DNA from: an uncultured delta proteobacterium
Lineage (GTDB): Bacteria > Myxococcota > Myxococcia > Myxococcales > Myxococcaceae
Direction: 5' to 3'
Assembly (NCBI GenBank): GCA_963713045.1
Contig: CAVQKE010000007.1
Span: 288,001 to 352,000 of the forward strand
Length of the DNA: 64,000 nucleotides
Shown here: in pieces, positions 50,300 to 61,100 of the stretch
Numbering within the stretch: position 1 is the first letter of the stretch
Layout of the letters: each line of letters starts with the position of its first letter
Program-made: the position numbers and the translations under genes
The notes under the pieces: generated by a model
The model's input: only the letters and a program-made list of their open reading frames with translations
Told to the model about the DNA's origin: nothing
Databases searched by the model: none

Positions 50300-51322
50300 A
50301 TGAAAGCTCCCAAGGCCTCCACCTCACGGCAGCTCGGCAAAAGCGGCCCGTTGGTTTTTCCTCTCTCGCTTGGCTGCATGGGCATGTCGGGCATGTACGG
50401 GCCGGCAGATGAGGCCGAGAGCATTGCCACCATTCACGAGGCCTTAGAGAGGGGCATGACCCTGTTGGACACCGGCGACTTCTACGGAATGGGCCACAAC
50501 GAGATGCTTGTCGGCCGGGCCCTTCGCGGGCGCCGCCAGGGGGCGCTCCTCTCGGTGAAGTTTGGCGCCCTGCGCGGTCCAAACGGGAGCTGGGTGGGCT
50601 TCGACGCTCGGCCGGCCGCAGTGAAGAATTTCCTCTCCTACAGCTTGGTGCGCCTCGGCGTGGACCATGTGGACATCTACCGTCCGGCGAGGCTCGACCC
50701 AAGCGTCCCCATTGAAGACACGATGGGTGCCCTGGCCGAACTGGTGCAGGCCGGTTACGTGCGTGCCATCGGACTGTCCGAGGTGGGAGCGGACACCGTG
50801 GCCCGGGCGAATGCAGTGCACCCAGTGGCCGACTTGCAAATTGAATACTCGCTCCTCAGCCGCGGCCCGGAAGTGGATATTTTCCCCCGCCTGCGCGAAC
50901 TCGACATTGGGGTGACGGCCTACGGCGTCCTCTCCCGCGGCCTGTTGAGCGGCTCGAAGCCCGCGGCCAAGGGCGACTTCCGCGGCGCCCTGCCGCGCTT
51001 TACTGCCGAAAACCGGCAACGGAACGAAGCGCTGGTGCAGGCCCTGGAGCGGGTGGCCGTCCAGAAGGGATGCACCCCGACGCAGTTGGCGATTGCTTGG
51101 GTGCTGGCCAAGGATGCCCGCATTGTCCCAACGGTGGGCGCAAGGACACGCGCCCAGCTGGCCGAGATGCTGGGCGCGCTCAGCGTCGAGCTGTCGGCGG
51201 AGGAAATTCGTCAACTCGAGGCGGCGGTGCCAGCGAGCGCCGTGGCCGGCACGCGCTACGACGCACACCAGATGCGGATGCTGGACAGCGAGAAGCCCGC
51301 GGGCAACGCGCCCCGCGCCTAG
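50300..51322 (+). CDS. Aldo/keto reductase
   Basis: [26 protein letters not shown]. Confidence 0.93.
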   Translation: MKAPKASTSRQLGKSGPLVFPLSLGCMGMSGMYGPADEAESIATIHEALERGMTLLDTGDFYGMGHNEMLVGRALRGRRQGALLSVKFGALRGPNGSWVGFDARPAAVKNFLSYSLVRLGVDHVDIYRPARLDPSVPIEDTMGALAELVQAGYVRAIGLSEVGADTVARANAVHPVADLQIEYSLLSRGPEVDIFPRLRELDIGVTAYGVLSRGLLSGSKPAAKGDFRGALPRFTAENRQRNEALVQALERVAVQKGCTPTQLAIAWVLAKDARIVPTVGARTRAQLAEMLGALSVELSAEEIRQLEAAVPASAVAGTRYDAHQMRMLDSEKPAGNAPRA

Positions 51323-51337
51323 GCCCGGCGTCGGCCG

Positions 51338-52698
51338 TCAGGCCACCTGGGGGAGCCCGGCCAGGGCGATGGCCAAGTCGTCCTCGTTGTACGGCTGGTC
51401 CACCAACGTGCCCGCGAAGTAGTCGGCGTAGGCCTGCATGTCGAAGTGGCCATGTCCGCACAGGTTGAAGAGGATGGCGCGCGAGACGCCCTCGCGCTTA
51501 CAGCGCAAAGCCTCGTCGATGGCCCCCTTGACCGCGTGGTTGGCCTCAGGCGCTGGGACGATGCCCTCGGCACGGGCGAAGGTGACTCCGGCCTCGAAGC
51601 AGGCCGTCTGGTGGTAGGCCACCGCCTCGATGAGGCCCAATTCTTTGATGTGGGAAACCAGCGGCGCCATTCCATGGTAGCGCAGGCCTCCGGCGTGGAA
51701 GCCGGGGGAATGAAGGTCGACCCCAGGGTATGCATTTTCGCCAACGGGGTGAGGTGACCCGTGTCCCCAAAGTCATAGGCGTACTTGCCTCGCGTCAGGG
51801 ACGGACAGGCGGCGGGCTCCACCGCCACCATCCGGTACTTTTTGCCGCCCCGCAGCTGCGCGCCGAGGAAGGGAAACACCAGTCCCGCGAAGTTGGAGCC
51901 GCCGCCGGTGCAGCCCACCAGGACGTCCGGCGAATCCTCGGCCATCTCCATTTGCGCCATCGCCTCCTGGCCGATGACGGTTTGGTGGAGCAGCACGTGG
52001 TTGAGGACGGAGCCGAGGGCGTACTTGGTGTCCTCCTGTGAAGCGGCCACCTCCACCGCCTCGGAAATGGCGATGCCGAGGCTGCCGGGATGGTCCGGCC
52101 GCTGGGCAAGGATGGCACGGCCGGACTGCGTCTCCGCCGAAGGCGAGGGAATGCAGCTCGCGCCGTAGGTCTCCATCAGCGCGCGGCGGTAGGGCTTCTG
52201 TTGGTAGGACACCCTCACCATGAAGACTTGGACTTCGATGTCGAAGAGGCCTCCGGCGAAGGCCAGCGCAGAGCCCCACTGGCCCGCTCCCGTCTCGGTG
52301 GTGATGCGCTTCGTCCCGGCTTCCTTGTTGTAGAAGGCCTGGGGGACAGCAGTGTTGGGCTTGTGGCTTCCAACCGGCGAGATGCCTTCGTACTTGTAGT
52401 AGATGCGCGCCGGCGTATCCAAGGCGCGCTCCAGACGACGCGCGCGGAAGAGTGGAGAGGGGCGCCATTGCCGGTAGATGTCGCGCACCCGGCGAGGAAT
52501 CTCCACCTCGCGCGCGCCGGTCACCTCCTGAAGGATGAGGGCCATCGGGAACAGCGACGCCAAGTCATCCGGTCCCACCGGCTTCAGAGTGCCGGGGTGC
52601 AGCACCGGGGGCGGAGGCACCGGGAGGTCCGCCACCAGGTTGTACCAGTAGGTGGGGATGCGCCGTTCATCGAGCAGGTACTTGATGGTTTCGGTCAT
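51338..52698 (-). CDS. trpB2: TrpB-like PLP enzyme (TrpB2), split by a 1-nt deletion near 51702-51708
   Basis: [22 protein letters not shown]; adding one base restores [18 protein letters not shown] and a 453-aa protein. Confidence 0.9.
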
Positions 52699-52885
52699 GG
52701 TGGCTCTCCCCGAGCGGCAGCCAAGGTGTCCGTCGAATGAAGCCGGGGACGGAACGAGGGGTCAAGCCCGGCCCCGGGGGCCCCAGCAGCCCCCGGCGCC
52801 GCCACCGGTCCCCGGGAATGCGTCGACACGACGGCCGGGAAATGGTTGCCTCGCGGGCCTCGCCCCCACGAAGGAGGAAGTCCCC

Positions 52886-53377
52886 ATGCTGCTTTCCGCA
52901 CCCGAGCTCGGTTGGAGTCTCCTCACCCTGACGTTGCTCGCCCCTCTGGCCGCCAGCGCCCAAACCCTTCCCAACCACTACGGCGCCCCCATTGGCGTGG
53001 AGGCGGCACGAAAGGTTGCGGCGGCTGCCATCGCCGAGGGGAAGAAAAATGGCTGGACGGTGGCCGCAGCCATCGTCGACCCGGGCGGGACGTTGGTTTA
53101 CTTCGAGCGCATCGACGGCACACAGAATGGAAGCTCAGAAGTGGCCCAAGCGAAGGCGCGTACGGCGGCCGCCTTCAAGCGTCCGAGCAAGCTTCTGGAG
53201 GACCTCGTCACGAGCGGCAAGTCGCAGTACCTGCGGCTCCCGGGCGCCCTGCCGATTGAAGGCGGAATCCCGCTGGTCATCGACGGAAAAATCGTCGGCG
53301 CCATCGGCGTCAGTGGCGCGAAGTCGGACCAAGACAGCGTTTGCGCCAAGGCGGGCGCGGACACGCTCGGGAAGTAG
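52886..53377 (+). CDS. GlcG/HbpS-family heme-binding protein, secreted
   Basis: Signal peptide; AKARTAA and GGIPL...GAIGVSG. Confidence 0.9.
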   Translation: MLLSAPELGWSLLTLTLLAPLAASAQTLPNHYGAPIGVEAARKVAAAAIAEGKKNGWTVAAAIVDPGGTLVYFERIDGTQNGSSEVAQAKARTAAAFKRPSKLLEDLVTSGKSQYLRLPGALPIEGGIPLVIDGKIVGAIGVSGAKSDQDSVCAKAGADTLGK

Positions 53378-53456
53378 GGCGCGCGCCGCGCAGTCAGTTT
53401 GAAATTGCCCGCGGGCCTTGCGCGCACGCGGGCACTTGCGCCAGCCTCTTTCCGCG

Positions 53457-53804
53457 ATGTCTTCTGTCCAGAGACTGCTGGGCGTCGGCCGACGTGGGCT
53501 TCGGCCCATCGTCCTGCTGGCCGCCGGCACCGTCCTGGCTCAGCAGGCGCCGGTGGCTTCCGGCGTGCAGGTGCACCTTCAAGTGGGACAGCAGAAGGTA
53601 CTGAACGTCGGGCTGGCGATGGGCCTGATGTGTGACGACGGAACGGTGGTGCAAGCGGAGCTGCGCCCGGCGTCCAACTCGGAGAACGAATTGGTTCTGG
53701 TCGGGCTCAAGCCAGGGAAGACGTCCTGCCGCGCCGGGACGTCCAACATGTCGCGCTCCAAGCTGGTCAACATCTCCGTCACTGCCAAGGACGCCTCACC
53801 TTAG
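53457..53804 (+). CDS. Small secreted protein (pilus-assembly N-terminal/Ig-like)
   Basis: Signal-like segment; L.VGQQ...CDD...LVGLKPGKTSC. Confidence 0.55.
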   Translation: MSSVQRLLGVGRRGLRPIVLLAAGTVLAQQAPVASGVQVHLQVGQQKVLNVGLAMGLMCDDGTVVQAELRPASNSENELVLVGLKPGKTSCRAGTSNMSRSKLVNISVTAKDASP

Positions 53805-53829
53805 GGCCGAAGGCAGGCCGCTTCCGGCC

Positions 53830-54192
53830 TCACTCGTCGCCGACGTTGGTGCTGGCCCAGGGGACGGCTTCCAGACGGGCGACGGGAATCGGGTCCCCCG
53901 TCACCTCGCTGACCCCGTAGGTGCCCAACTCAATCCGGCGCAGCGCGCCGTCAATCTGCTCCAGCATGCGCTCGTCCGCCTCGGAGAGGCCAATGCGCAA
54001 GTCCGAGGTGGTAGCCTCGTTGGCCTCGTCGCCGACGTCGTGCGGGTCCGGCATGCCCGGCGGCCGGTCAGCATCCAGGGCCGCTGACTGGAAGAGCCCC
54101 ATAATCCGCGCATGCTCTTGGTTGAGTCGTTGGCGGAAGTGCGCGAGCTGCTTGGCGCTCAAGGGACGCTCTGCCTTCTCATGCCTGGCCAT
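53830..54192 (-). CDS. TraR/DksA-family regulator lacking zinc-finger cysteines
   Basis: DVGDEA (DxxDxA) coiled-coil tip; IDGALRRIELGTYGVSEVTGDPIPVARLEAVPWA. Confidence 0.88.
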   Translation of the reverse strand: MARHEKAERPLSAKQLAHFRQRLNQEHARIMGLFQSAALDADRPPGMPDPHDVGDEANEATTSDLRIGLSEADERMLEQIDGALRRIELGTYGVSEVTGDPIPVARLEAVPWASTNVGDE

Positions 54193-54294
54193 CCAAACCT
54201 CCGGAGGGCGAAGGTTAGGCAGGGACGCCCCTCCGCGCCAGAGGCAAGCGCCTTCTTTGCGGGCGGCCCGTCCTTCCATTTGCGGGACACGGCC

Positions 54295-55017
54295 TCACTG
54301 CGCCGGAGGCTTGGGCGTCAAGAGCGACAGGGAGACCAGCCGCGCAATCAAGAGCGCCGGGAAGAGCTGGCCGAGGATGCTTTCCATGTTGGCCAGCGCG
54401 CGCGCGGCCAAATTTAACGGCACGATGTCCCCATAGCCGACGGTGGTGAGGGTGCAGAGCGAAAAATAGACGAAGGTGGAGAGGTTGTGTGCATGCGGTT
54501 CCCAGCTCAGGGCGTGCAGGGAGCCCGGGACGACCACATCCACCACTCGGTAGGCCTCGGCAAAGTCGAGGCCCAAGAGCAAGTAAGACGCCACCACGCC
54601 GTAGAAGCGTTCGAGCGCGCCGGTGCTTTCGCGGAAAACCTGCGCGAGAATCAGGGCCAGCAGCATCGAGAGCACCACCACCGAGGAAGTGGCGGCGACG
54701 CCCTCCGTCCAGCGCTCGGGAAAGGTGCGAGCCACCAACCGGACGGCCAACGTAAACAGCACCAGGCCAAGGGCGAGAGCGAGGATGGCGCTCCGGGCAC
54801 GCCGCCATCCGAGGGCCGAGGCCCCAGCGAAGATGACGCCGGCAAACCAGAGGTCCGCGATGAAGAGCCAATTCGGGCCAAGTAGGCCGCTGTTCTCGAG
54901 CGGGAGGAAGACGAAGATGAGGAGAACGAGGCTCACCAACAGCGCGGCCAGGCCTCGCCGGGACGTCCAGTAGCTGCCGACGGACGAGAAGCGTGGAAAG
55001 GAAGCAGGGCTGGCCAT
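54295..55017 (-). CDS. Potassium channel family (Ion_trans_2) protein
   Basis: TLTTVGYGD selectivity filter; multiple TM helices. Confidence 0.88.
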   Translation of the reverse strand: MASPASFPRFSSVGSYWTSRRGLAALLVSLVLLIFVFLPLENSGLLGPNWLFIADLWFAGVIFAGASALGWRRARSAILALALGLVLFTLAVRLVARTFPERWTEGVAATSSVVVLSMLLALILAQVFRESTGALERFYGVVASYLLLGLDFAEAYRVVDVVVPGSLHALSWEPHAHNLSTFVYFSLCTLTTVGYGDIVPLNLAARALANMESILGQLFPALLIARLVSLSLLTPKPPAQ

Positions 55018-55038
55018 GTCACCTCGCCTCTGGGCCCC

Positions 55039-56148
55039 TCAGGCCCGGAGCCAATGGGCAAGCGTTGCGTCCGCGTCCGGCTCGAGCCGGACGCCGGCCT
55101 CGAGGGTGACGACCTGGGCGTGAATGCCACGTGCCGAAAGCGCGGCGAGCAGCCTTTGCTGGGACTCGGCATCCGGAGACGCGAGGATGCAGCCGTCGCC
55201 GCCGCCAGCGCCGCTGACCTTGCCGGTGCTGCCCGCGCTCTTGGCGAGCTGAAGAATGCGCTCGAGGGCCGGCGTCACCACCGTCCCGAGGGAGGCGAGG
55301 AGCTGCTGCAAGCTCTCACAGGCCTCCCGCACCGCCTGAAAGCTGCTGGCGCGCAGCGCCTCCTCCAGCGCGTCTCCCAAGACGTTCGACTCGGTGACGA
55401 AGGCAGGGCGCAGCGTCTCATCCAGCACGCGCTCCGCCGCCCCAATCATCCCCGGTGTGTCCGCGCTTTGCCCGGCAAAGGCGTAGGAGAGGAACGCTGG
55501 GAACAGGCCGGTGCGGACGACGTCGACCGGCCCCGCGTCGCGCAGCGCCACTTGCAGGGGGCGCTCCGACGACTGCACCTGCTCCACCGGCCAGCGTCGG
55601 TAGCGGACCAGGGTTCCCACTGAGGCGGCCACCACGTCCGCGCCGCTGCCCTTTCCACCCTGGGCTTCGGCGTGGGCCAGAAGCGCCAGCGGCAACGTGG
55701 GCTGCACGCCAAGCACGCCGGCCACTGCCTCCACCGCCAGCACCGTCGTACGGGCACTGGTGCCAGTGCCCAGTTTCTGCCCGTGCGGCCCCAGCGCCGA
55801 GGGGGAAAGCGCGAGGCTGAGGCCGAGACTTTCCCGGCCGTGGGCCCGGTACACCACGTCCATCGCGCGCGCGGCAAAGCGCATGGGGCCCGTCACCTCG
55901 GCGTCCCAGCGGCAGCCGAGGGGCGTCGACACGCCCAGCAGACGGCCGTCCCCGGTGAGGAGCTCCACCGTGCGGTCGTCCCGAGACCGCACCAGCGCCG
56001 CGGCGCGCGGGCCCACGGCCAGGACGCGCGCCACCCCGCCCCAAAGCACCGCGTACTCGCCGGATAGGAAAAGCTTGGACGGGGCAGAGAGGGCGCGTTC
56101 CACGGGCGTCAGCCAGGGAGCTAGCACAGGGTGGCCGACGTCGCTCAA
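55039..56148 (-). CDS. Phosphomevalonate kinase (GHMP)
   Basis: APSKLFLSGEYAVL, KLGTGTSA, GSGADV, KVSGAGGGDG; last gene of the MVA operon. Confidence 0.85.
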   Translation of the reverse strand: MSDVGHPVLAPWLTPVERALSAPSKLFLSGEYAVLWGGVARVLAVGPRAAALVRSRDDRTVELLTGDGRLLGVSTPLGCRWDAEVTGPMRFAARAMDVVYRAHGRESLGLSLALSPSALGPHGQKLGTGTSARTTVLAVEAVAGVLGVQPTLPLALLAHAEAQGGKGSGADVVAASVGTLVRYRRWPVEQVQSSERPLQVALRDAGPVDVVRTGLFPAFLSYAFAGQSADTPGMIGAAERVLDETLRPAFVTESNVLGDALEEALRASSFQAVREACESLQQLLASLGTVVTPALERILQLAKSAGSTGKVSGAGGGDGCILASPDAESQQRLLAALSARGIHAQVVTLEAGVRLEPDADATLAHWLRA

Positions 56149-56223
56149 CTGCTGGCCGACGACCGAGGGAGGGGCTTGCTGCGCTGTCCCGACTGCCTGC
56201 GGCCCTGGCGGCCCCGCCCGGCC

Positions 56224-57225
56224 TTAAAACAGTGCCGTGTCCAGAAGCCTCGCATCGCCGCCGGGCGCGCAGCGCACGACGTCCATGGCGCCAGTCGCCC
56301 GGGCCAGGGCCTCAACTCGGTCCACATGCTCGGCCGTCGTCAGCAGCACCGGGTTGGGGCCGGCGTCCAGGGTGAAATACACCGGGCAACCCTTGGCGCG
56401 CGCCGCCGGTAGCGCCAGCACCACCTGCAGCGTCTCGGCCCGCAGGTAGCAGAAGGCCGGCTGCGCAGCCAGGGCGGTGGCGTGCATGCGCCAGGCATTC
56501 CGCTCGGCGATGGTGCCCAGCGAGGCGAGGTCCCGACTCCGGACGGCCTCACGCGCCCGCGGCACTTCCGCCTCCGCGTCCTGCACCCAGGCCCGGTAGT
56601 AGGGGGACGTCTCCACCGTGCCGTGCATTCCCTGTCTGGAGGAGACGTCCTTCGGCGCCGCGGAGACGACGCAGGCCAACAGCCTCAATTCGGGCCAATG
56701 CCCCTCCGCAAAGTCCTGGGTGGCGAAGCTGTCCTCACCATCCGCCCGCTGGCCCCGGTGCCAGGTGCAGAAGCCGCCCTGGATGCTGCGGGCGGCGGAG
56801 CCACTTCCGATGCGGGCCAGGCGCGAGGTTTGGGCGACGTCGTCCGGAAGGCCCGCCGCTGCCCGCGCGGCCCGCGTCAGCGCGGCAAAGCCGGCGGCAC
56901 TGGAAGCCAGTCCAGCGGCCACCGGGAAGTTTCCGCGCGACACGACACGGACTGCACCCAAGTCGTGGCCCGCCTCCTTGGCCACCCTGTCCACCAGGGC
57001 CAACACGCGCTCTCGCTGCGGGCCAACGGCCGGTTGGCCATTCAGCTCGACATGGCTTGGTCCCTGGCCGAATTCCACCGTCGTCGTCACCTCCAACGGC
57101 GCCAGCGTCACGCTGAAGCTGGACTGGTGGGGCAGCACCAGCGCTTCGTCGCGTTTTCCCCAGTACTTGACGAGGGCCATGTTGGGGTGGGCTCGCGCTG
57201 TCGCCTTGGCTGGCCTCATGCCCAC
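56224..57225 (-). CDS. mvaD: Diphosphomevalonate decarboxylase
   Basis: NMALVKYWGKRD, GLASSAAG, GSGSAARS, FTLDAGPN. Confidence 0.95.
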   Translation of the reverse strand: MGMRPAKATARAHPNMALVKYWGKRDEALVLPHQSSFSVTLAPLEVTTTVEFGQGPSHVELNGQPAVGPQRERVLALVDRVAKEAGHDLGAVRVVSRGNFPVAAGLASSAAGFAALTRAARAAAGLPDDVAQTSRLARIGSGSAARSIQGGFCTWHRGQRADGEDSFATQDFAEGHWPELRLLACVVSAAPKDVSSRQGMHGTVETSPYYRAWVQDAEAEVPRAREAVRSRDLASLGTIAERNAWRMHATALAAQPAFCYLRAETLQVVLALPAARAKGCPVYFTLDAGPNPVLLTTAEHVDRVEALARATGAMDVVRCAPGGDARLLDTALF

Positions 57226-58151
57226 CTCGGCACGGGACTGACAAAGCAGGACACGCCGGCGCGTGCCAGACGCGCCCGGGCCCTGTCCCCCTGGCCCATT
57301 TCGAAGAGGCCCACCACCGCACCGCCATCTCCGCCGGCCCCGGAAAGTTTCGCGCCGAGGGCCCCCGCTTCGCGCAGCCAGCCGGCCATGCCGTCCAGTG
57401 CGGGCGAACTGACGCCCAACGCCACGAGGAGGCCCTGGTTGACATTCATCGCGTCCCCCAAGGCCTGCAAGTCTCCTCCCTCCGCAGCCCGCGCACCCTC
57501 CTCCGCCACCTGGCCGACTTCACGGAAGAGGCGCCGGTAACGCGCCGGCCAACGGGCCTGGCGTCTCCGCAAGCCGGCCACCGTCTGCGCCGTTGGCTGG
57601 CGTACCCCGGCCAGGGCCACCAGCAATTCGAAGGGCCGCGCGACGTGCAACGGACGCACCAGCGGCGGCCGCCGGGCGCCACGCCGTTGGTAGCGAATGG
57701 GGACACCCAAGGCACTGCAGGCCGCGTCCACGCCGGAGGGGGTGCCGTGGAAGACGACTTCCATGCGGTGGGCCAGCGCCCGCAGCTTCCGCGCGGGCAC
57801 CCGGCCGCTGGCCGCCGCAAGAAGGACGCCAGCCACGGCCACCGAGACGGCGGCCGAGCTGCCCAGGCCCACGGACAGCGGGAGGCTGCTTTGCAGTGAA
57901 AGGCTGACCGCCGGGCGGCCAGCCGCCTCCGCCGCCTCCCAGAAGGCACGCACCAGTTGCCGGCGCCGCGCCCCGCGCAGGGCCCGCGGGAGGCGGAGGC
58001 CACAGGCAGCGGCCGGGACGGCCACGGCCCGGACCCCGAGGGCCAGTGGCACCGCCACCGCTGTGGTGCCGTACACCACCGCGTGCTCGCCGAGGAGGAT
58101 GACTTTGCCGGGCCCGAAAGCCGTAAGCGTCGGCCTGGGGCTGGGCCTCAC
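57216..58151 (-). CDS. mvk: Mevalonate kinase
   Basis: GTG start overlaps the HMGR stop; PGKVILLGEHAVVYG, GLGSSAA, HGTPSGVD, KLSGAGGDGG. Confidence 0.92.
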   Translation of the reverse strand: MRPSPRPTLTAFGPGKVILLGEHAVVYGTTAVAVPLALGVRAVAVPAAACGLRLPRALRGARRRQLVRAFWEAAEAAGRPAVSLSLQSSLPLSVGLGSSAAVSVAVAGVLLAAASGRVPARKLRALAHRMEVVFHGTPSGVDAACSALGVPIRYQRRGARRPPLVRPLHVARPFELLVALAGVRQPTAQTVAGLRRRQARWPARYRRLFREVGQVAEEGARAAEGGDLQALGDAMNVNQGLLVALGVSSPALDGMAGWLREAGALGAKLSGAGGDGGAVVGLFEMGQGDRARARLARAGVSCFVSPVPRWA

Positions 58152-59530
58152 GGCCCGTCGTTGGCGCCCTGCGGCTCGAAGGATTCGAGCGGCGGGAGGG
58201 TGGCGAGAATTTCTCGCGCCTTGTCCACCTTCACCGTCCCGGATTTCACCAAAAGGTGGGCCACCTTCTCGACGTGGTCCCCACGGGCACCGGCGGTGAC
58301 GGCCACACACCGGGCGTGCAGCGCCATGTGGCCTTGCTGAATGCCGACGCTGCCGAGCGCCCTCAGCGCCGCAAAGTTTTGGGCCAGTCCAACGGCCGCG
58401 AAGACTTGCGCCAACTCGCGCACGCCCGAGCAGCGCAGCAGCTTCAGCCCCAGGCGGACGCCGGGGTGGACTTGGGTGGGGCCGCCCACCGTCCCCAGGG
58501 CCAGCGGCAACTCCATCCGGCCCACCAGCGTCTGCTCCTCTAGCATCCACTGGGACAGGGGACGGTACTGGCCGCTGCGGGCGGCGTAGGCGTGGGCACC
58601 GGCCTCAATGGCGCGCCAGTCCTGGCCGCAGGCGATGGCTACCGCGTCAATGCCATTCATGACGCCCTTGTTGTGGGTGGCCGCCCGGTAGGGGTCGGCC
58701 ATGGCGAAGCGACTGGCTTGATGGATGCCGTCGGCAATCTCCCGGCCGTCCAGGCCGAAGTCGGCCAGCGCCTGGACGGGAATGCGGCAGGTGGCGCGTG
58801 CCAGTCGCCGGTCGGAGAGGTTGGAGAGGATGCGCAGGTAAACCCGGCCGTGGGTGACTTGCTGGATGAAGGGAGCCACACCCTCCGCCATGGTGTTGAT
58901 GAGGTTGGCCCCCATCGCCTCCTGGGTGTCTACCAGCAGGTGGACGATGAGGAGGGGCTCACCACGGGCGCCTTCGGGCGCCGGGAGGACGCGCACTTCG
59001 ACTTCCTTGGCCCCGCCGCCGCGGCGCTGCATCGCCGGGTGAAAGCTGTTGGCCAGGGCGAGGATTTGCTCGCGGTGGGCGAGGACCCGCTCGGTCGCCT
59101 CGGTGGGGTCCCCGTAGCCAGTCACTTGGACTTGGCCCACCATCAGGGAGTCGTCGGCCTCGGCCTCGAAGCCGCCTGCCTCGCGGACAATCTTGGCAGC
59201 GAAGGAGACGGCCGCGACGACGCTTGGCTCCTCGACCGCCATCGGCACCAGGTAGTCGCGCCCGTTGACTTGGAGGTTGAGGCCGAGCCCAAGCGGCAGG
59301 CTGAAGGTGCCGACCGCATTCTCAATCATCAAGTTGGCCACTTCGACCGGCAGCGGCCCCGGGCTCTGCAGGGTGGCAATCTCCTCCTCGGAGAGGCCGT
59401 GTGTTCGGGCAATGTGTTCAAGCCGCTGCTGCAGCGTGAGCTTGTGAAATCCCGGCAGCCGTGACGAGGGCCGAGCCTCGTCGGGCTGGCCGCTGTTCCG
59501 GGCGACTGCGCCCATGCCTTTTCGCCTCAC
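58148..59530 (-). CDS. mvaA: Class II HMG-CoA reductase
   Basis: MIENAVG, EEPSVVAA, EAMGANLIN, ATHNKGVMNG, GHMALH. Confidence 0.95.
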   Translation of the reverse strand: MRRKGMGAVARNSGQPDEARPSSRLPGFHKLTLQQRLEHIARTHGLSEEEIATLQSPGPLPVEVANLMIENAVGTFSLPLGLGLNLQVNGRDYLVPMAVEEPSVVAAVSFAAKIVREAGGFEAEADDSLMVGQVQVTGYGDPTEATERVLAHREQILALANSFHPAMQRRGGGAKEVEVRVLPAPEGARGEPLLIVHLLVDTQEAMGANLINTMAEGVAPFIQQVTHGRVYLRILSNLSDRRLARATCRIPVQALADFGLDGREIADGIHQASRFAMADPYRAATHNKGVMNGIDAVAIACGQDWRAIEAGAHAYAARSGQYRPLSQWMLEEQTLVGRMELPLALGTVGGPTQVHPGVRLGLKLLRCSGVRELAQVFAAVGLAQNFAALRALGSVGIQQGHMALHARCVAVTAGARGDHVEKVAHLLVKSGTVKVDKAREILATLPPLESFEPQGANDGP

Positions 59531-60588
59531 AATGTTCCCATCCAGTCTCTCAGTGGTCCGGCCACCACCTTTGGTTGCGTTCGAAGCTCCGCCACGTTGC
59601 GGCTGCCGGTGAGGAGCAACGCCTGCTGCAGCGCTCCTACCACCGTGTCCACCGCGGACTCGGCCGCGGAAACCCCGCCGGCCTGTTGTGCGCGAAATAA
59701 GGGAAGGGCCATGCCGGCAATGTCCGCGCCGAGGGCCAGTGCCTTGGCCACTTCCAGCCCGTTGCGGATGCCGCCCGAGGCGATGAGGCGCAAATGCGGC
59801 CCCACCGCGCGGCGGACTGCGGCCACGGCGGCCGCGGTGGGAATGCCCCAGCTGCTGAAGAGTTCGCCCACCTCACGCGCCGGACCGCCCTTGACGCGCA
59901 GCTGCTCCACCCGCACCCAGGACGTCCCGCCGAGTCCACTGACGTCCAAGGTGCGGACGCCGCAGTCGACCAGTCTCCGGGCAACGTCTGCGGAAAGCCC
60001 ACAGCCCGTCTCCTTCACCAAGAAGCGCTCCCCCAGCGAGGCGCTGAGGGCCTGCACCAGGCTGTAGCCACCTCGAAAGTCCCGGTCGCCCTCGGGCTGT
60101 GTCAATTCCTGCCCGACGTTGAGGTGCAGCGCCATGCCGTCAGCGCCGATGGCGTCCATCAGCCGGCGGACGCCGTCCACGCCAAGCGCAATGCCCTGCC
60201 GGAGGCCGATGTTGCCCAACAACAGAATGTTGGGAGCGACGTCGCGCACGGCGAAGGTACGGGCGAGCTCCGGGTTTTCCGCCATCGCCCGTTGGCTTCC
60301 AACGCCGAACGCCAGCCCGCGGCGCTCGGCCACCAAGGCCAGGTCGCGGTTGACACTCCGCGCCCGGTCGCTGCCGCCCGTCATTCCGGTGACGAGCAGC
60401 GGCGCCCGCAGCGTCTTCCCCCACCAGGAGGTGGAAAGGTCCACTTCGGCCAGCGCCAACTCGGGCATCGCACAGTGGACGAGGTGCACGCATTCGAGGA
60501 GCGTCGAATTGGCCGCCGGCTCGACTTCGTCCACGGCGCACAAGTCGAGATGCGCATCCTTGCGCAGCGGGGTGGAGGAGTCGGGCAT
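59527..60588 (-). CDS. fni: Type 2 isopentenyl-diphosphate delta-isomerase
   Basis: RKDAHL, GMTGG, GVGSQR, KETGCG, GGTSW, ASGGIR. Confidence 0.95.
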   Translation of the reverse strand: MPDSSTPLRKDAHLDLCAVDEVEPAANSTLLECVHLVHCAMPELALAEVDLSTSWWGKTLRAPLLVTGMTGGSDRARSVNRDLALVAERRGLAFGVGSQRAMAENPELARTFAVRDVAPNILLLGNIGLRQGIALGVDGVRRLMDAIGADGMALHLNVGQELTQPEGDRDFRGGYSLVQALSASLGERFLVKETGCGLSADVARRLVDCGVRTLDVSGLGGTSWVRVEQLRVKGGPAREVGELFSSWGIPTAAAVAAVRRAVGPHLRLIASGGIRNGLEVAKALALGADIAGMALPLFRAQQAGGVSAAESAVDTVVGALQQALLLTGSRNVAELRTQPKVVAGPLRDWMGTL

Positions 60589-60659
60589 CGGCGGGGCCTC
60601 GGGAACTAGCAATGGGGGCTTCTTGAAGCAAGGCGCTAGAGTCTCAACAGCCCCCGGCC

Positions 60660-61070
60660 GTGACTGTGGAACCCCCCAGACTCCTTCTGTTTCTTCATAG
60701 CGCGGACTACGACCGACTGCACCAAGGACTGGCCATTGGTGCCGCGGGTGTGTCGCTTGGGAAACAGGTTGAGTTATACTTTTTTTGGTGGGCATTAGAA
60801 CGGCTGCTTGACGGGCGCCTGGACGAGCCGGACTTTCACCCCTCACGGCCGGACGTCACGGACCGCTTCGAGGCCAAAGGCCTGCCATCGGCGAGGGAAC
60901 TGCTCGGCCACCTGCGCGCCTCGGGCCGCTGTCTGGTGGTGGCCTGCAGCGGAAGCCTGGTCGCCCTGGGAAGGGACGCTCAGGCTGCGGCGCCCCATGT
61001 GGACCAGGTGCTGGGCTGGACGTCCATTCTCCAGCGAACGGCGGGCGTGGCCGACCGCTTCTACCTCTGA
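60660..61070 (+). CDS. DsrE/DsrF-like protein
   Basis: LFLHSADYDR...VELYFFWWAL...VVACSGS. Confidence 0.65.
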   Translation: MTVEPPRLLLFLHSADYDRLHQGLAIGAAGVSLGKQVELYFFWWALERLLDGRLDEPDFHPSRPDVTDRFEAKGLPSARELLGHLRASGRCLVVACSGSLVALGRDAQAAAPHVDQVLGWTSILQRTAGVADRFYL

Positions 61071-61100
61071 GGCCGCCAAACCTGGTACTGGACGGGCGTC

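Noticed and set aside
55039..60588. Mevalonate operon as horizontally acquired novelty
   Set aside because: The mevalonate pathway is established in myxobacteria; no mobility signs.
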